From: Pseudomonadota bacterium
Lineage (GTDB): Bacteria > Pseudomonadota > Alphaproteobacteria > Rhizobiales > Xanthobacteraceae
DNA length: 64,000 nt
Direction of reading: 5' to 3'
Assembly: GCA_040387615.1 (NCBI GenBank)
Contig: JAZKDK010000021.1
Span: 72,311 to 136,310 of the forward strand
Shown here piece by piece: positions 61,357-64,000 of the stretch. The position numbers were made by a program, and so were the translations under genes. Under the pieces are notes generated by a model. The model did no database searches. It had not been told where the DNA came from and saw only the letters and a program-made list of their open reading frames with translations. Each line of letters opens with the position of its first letter. Within the stretch, counting starts at the first letter, position 1.

Positions 61357-61875
61357 TCAGCCAACTTTTAGATAAGCAAAACCCTTGGATTGCAGCGCCG
61401 CGACGGTCGCCACACCCGATGGTACGAAACTGATGAACGGCGCGTTCTGTACCTTGCCCTTGTCGAGCTTCAGCCGCTGGAAGGTGATTTCGCACAGGTG
61501 GACCTTGAGGCCGTTCTTTGCGAGCGCGACCACGCGCTCGAACAGACCCGGATCGATGATCTCATCTTTCCAGGGCGTTCCTTCCAGCGTGCTCAGGAAG
61601 TACTTCACCGCAACGCTATGCGCGACGATCACCAGTTGGAGGCCGAACGGATCGGAGCCGTAGGCCGAATAGTGATTGGAAATGTTGTTCAGCGTCTGAG
61701 CGAAGCGTGCGTTGTCGCCATAGTCGCAATGATAAAGGCAAGCGACATCGCCCTCTTTCTTCAGATCCGCCATGGACACCGCCGGTGGCGCGGCATGCGC
61801 CGTCGCCGCAACCAGACCGCCGGCGGCTCCGATAATGACACTGCGCCGTGTTGCCGAACCTTTTTGGTCTGTCAT
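61357..61875 (-). CDS. DsrE-family protein with twin-arginine-like leader
   Basis: TRRSVII leader, HLCEIT conserved Cys, VPSGVATVAALQSKGFAYLK. Confidence 0.82.
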   Translation of the reverse strand: MTDQKGSATRRSVIIGAAGGLVAATAHAAPPAVSMADLKKEGDVACLYHCDYGDNARFAQTLNNISNHYSAYGSDPFGLQLVIVAHSVAVKYFLSTLEGTPWKDEIIDPGLFERVVALAKNGLKVHLCEITFQRLKLDKGKVQNAPFISFVPSGVATVAALQSKGFAYLKVG

Positions 61876-61899
61876 GACAACCTCCGATGTTGGAAACTG

Positions 61900-62208
61900 C
61901 TATTTCTGCGTCCTGAAATAGGCCGCCAGAGCCGCGATGTCACCTGCCTCAAGCCGCCCCGCGACGGTTTGCATCACCGGGTTGTCGCGCTGCTTGTCCT
62001 TGTAGGCATTCATCACCGCAATGAACTGGTCTTCCGGCCACCCGGAGATTTTCGGGATGCCCTGCGCATTCTGCCCCGAGGCGCGGTGACAAGTCACGCA
62101 TTCCGACGAGAGATATTGCCCAAGTTCGCGGTCTCCCGCAGCAGCATTTTCCAGCGCAAGGCCCGCCGTCAGAACGAAAAGCACAGCCTTCGCTGACGGC
62201 CGGTTCAT
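61900..62208 (-). CDS. Small monoheme c-type cytochrome (c553/c4-half-like)
   Basis: Signal peptide, ECVTCH, NPVM axial Met; TGATG coupling to soxD. Confidence 0.88.
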   Translation of the reverse strand: MNRPSAKAVLFVLTAGLALENAAAGDRELGQYLSSECVTCHRASGQNAQGIPKISGWPEDQFIAVMNAYKDKQRDNPVMQTVAGRLEAGDIAALAAYFRTQK

Positions 62209-62912
62209 CAATCCACCTTCGGCCCGGATTTGCTGTCGGGCGTCACGTCCACCGAGATCGCCCGGCCGGTCACTTTCGGCGCGCTGCGGCAATCCTTCAT
62301 GCACGGGTCCTTCTTCCAGAACTGTTTTTCAGCGGTCTCGCGGTCGTCGTCGTAAAACGCCGCCGCATTCGGCATCTTGATGGACGTAAAGTTCCGGTCA
62401 TTCAATTCGAAATTTTCGTCTTTGACGATATCATTCATGCTGAGAAGGTAAGCTGTCAGAGCATAAACGTCGTCGTCGGACAGAGACCGCGCATTCCCGT
62501 AAGGCATCGCGCGCTTGATGTAGTCGAACGCGGTCGACAGATCCGGCCAGAACGAGCCGATGGTCTTGTCGGGACGGTCCGCCTTCAGCGTTCCGGCACC
62601 CCCGGCAAGCACCGGCCAGCGGCCAGCACCTTCACCGAACTCGCCGTGACAGGACGCGCATTGCGCCTGGAAAATCACGTCCCCCTGCTTCACCGTGCCC
62701 TTGCCGGGCGGAAGGCCCTTGCCGTCCGGCCGCACAGCGGTGTCCCACGCCTTGATCTCATCCGGCAGCGCGGGACGGCCGAGTCCGAGCTTAGACGAGG
62801 TCTTCGCGACCGCCTGTGCGGCAATTTGCTGCGCTTCGATCCGCGAGTTCGCAACTGCGAGCGCGACGCCACACAACAGCGCAACCGCGGCGAGCTTAGC
62901 CGATCTCGACAT
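62208..62912 (-). CDS. soxD: Sulfane dehydrogenase cytochrome subunit SoxD (monoheme)
   Basis: LGRPALPDEI.AWD, GLPPG.GTV..G, QCASCHG, DYIKRAMP; start set at ATG 62912. Confidence 0.9.
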   Translation of the reverse strand: MSRSAKLAAVALLCGVALAVANSRIEAQQIAAQAVAKTSSKLGLGRPALPDEIKAWDTAVRPDGKGLPPGKGTVKQGDVIFQAQCASCHGEFGEGAGRWPVLAGGAGTLKADRPDKTIGSFWPDLSTAFDYIKRAMPYGNARSLSDDDVYALTAYLLSMNDIVKDENFELNDRNFTSIKMPNAAAFYDDDRETAEKQFWKKDPCMKDCRSAPKVTGRAISVDVTPDSKSGPKVD

Positions 62913-64000
62913 TTTCAGTCTCCCCGCTTGAGCGCACCAGCCAGGTCTGAATGCCGTTGTTGTGGTAGATCGAGTTGACGCCGCGCACCTTGCGCAGTTC
63001 GTCCTTGGTCGGCTGCACATAGCCGGTCGAATCCATCGCGCGGGACTGGATCATCAACTCCTGCCCGTTCCAGTCGAAATCGACATAGAAGCGCACCAGC
63101 GACTTGTCGAACACCGGCCCGTCGATGCGGGCGGTCTGCCAGTTGCGGCCGCCGTCCATCGACACATCAACACGCTTGACCGTCCCGCGGCCGGACCATG
63201 CGAGGCCGCTTAGCACGTTGCGGCCCTTATGTTTCAGCGGCGCCTGTGGCGACGGATTGGTCACCACCGACTTCGCATCCATCACGAAGGTGTGCTTACG
63301 CGAGCGGCCATCGGCCAGGAGGTCCGTGTACTTCGATGTTTCCTCGCGGGTCTGCCACGGCTGGTCGCCGACCTCGATGCGGCGAAGCCACTTCACCCAG
63401 AGATTGCCTTCCCAGCCGGGGATCACCGCGCGCAGCGGATAGCCCTGCTCGGGCCGCAGCGCCTCGCCGTTCATCGCGAAGGCGAGCATGCAATCGTTCA
63501 GCGCCTTCTCAATGGGGAGCGACCGATTCATGGCTGCAGCGTCCGCGCCCTCCAGCATCAGCCACTTCGCATTCGGCTTCAGGCCCGCTTCATCCAGCAC
63601 CGTCTTCAGCGATACGCCGGTGTACATGACGTTGTGCACCATGCCGTGGGTGAACTGGCAGCCGTTGAGCTGCGCGCCGCGCCACTCCATGCCGGAGTTC
63701 GCCGCGCATTCGAGGAAGTAGACCTTGTTCATGCGCGGCATGCGCTTGATGTCGTCCATCGTGAACACCAGCGGCTTGTCCACGAGGCCGTTGATCATCA
63801 GGCGATGCTCGGCGGGATTGATGTCCGCGACGCCGGAGTGATGCCGTTCGAAACACAATCCTGACGGCGTGATGATGCCGTCCAGTTCGTGCAGCGGCGT
63901 GAAGTTGACCGAAGATTCCGGTGACGCTGTCAGCCACGACACATCCCGGCGGATCACGTTCTTCTCGAACTTGGACGGCATGCCGTAAGGAGTCTTCTGC
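62896..64000 (-). CDS. soxC: Sulfane dehydrogenase molybdoprotein SoxC (5' end outside window)
   Basis: FTPL...GIITPSGL.FERHH, FLECAANSG (Moco Cys), EQGYPLR, WEGNLWVKWL. Confidence 0.93.
   Translation of the reverse strand, partial: QKTPYGMPSKFEKNVIRRDVSWLTASPESSVNFTPLHELDGIITPSGLCFERHHSGVADINPAEHRLMINGLVDKPLVFTMDDIKRMPRMNKVYFLECAANSGMEWRGAQLNGCQFTHGMVHNVMYTGVSLKTVLDEAGLKPNAKWLMLEGADAAAMNRSLPIEKALNDCMLAFAMNGEALRPEQGYPLRAVIPGWEGNLWVKWLRRIEVGDQPWQTREETSKYTDLLADGRSRKHTFVMDAKSVVTNPSPQAPLKHKGRNVLSGLAWSGRGTVKRVDVSMDGGRNWQTARIDGPVFDKSLVRFYVDFDWNGQELMIQSRAMDSTGYVQPTKDELRKVRGVNSIYHNNGIQTWLVRSSGETENVEIG

Overview
GC-rich (~62-63% by eye) chromosomal segment of an alphaproteobacterium, probably Hyphomicrobiales judging from protein and intergenic-repeat style. 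It is almost wholly metabolic, transport and regulatory genes; I saw no rRNA, tRNA, CRISPR, transposase or phage genes. In order: a Liv-type ABC transporter plus acyl-CoA ligase; an MdtAB-like RND pair; an urtABCDE-fmdAB urea/amide uptake and formamidase operon divergent from a permease-fused, Cys-rich hybrid histidine kinase and a REC-LuxR regulator; fpr; a class II HMG-CoA reductase/solute-binding-protein operon opposite a MocR regulator; a second Liv ABC set; a tartrate dehydrogenase-TctC-CMD operon with GntR; MFS/hydrolase/DMT genes; a homogentisate cluster (hppD, fahA, maiA, hmgA) with an MBL-fold/DUF2783/FAD-monooxygenase module; an MCP; nrdAB and metE transcribed divergently, each behind its own cobalamin riboswitch; and the 3' end of a sox cluster. 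Best finding: NrdB has the class Ic (Mn/Fe, tyrosyl-radical-free, Chlamydia-type) signature, with Glu at the first metal ligand and Phe at the radical Tyr position. It sits in a back-to-back twin-riboswitch 'B12-independent backup' module whose two leaders share a near-identical 3' segment. Other strong leads are the transporter-kinase fusion and the HMG-CoA reductase operon with no mevalonate-pathway neighbours. Start codons were adjusted by eye from the ORF track; no database searches were run.
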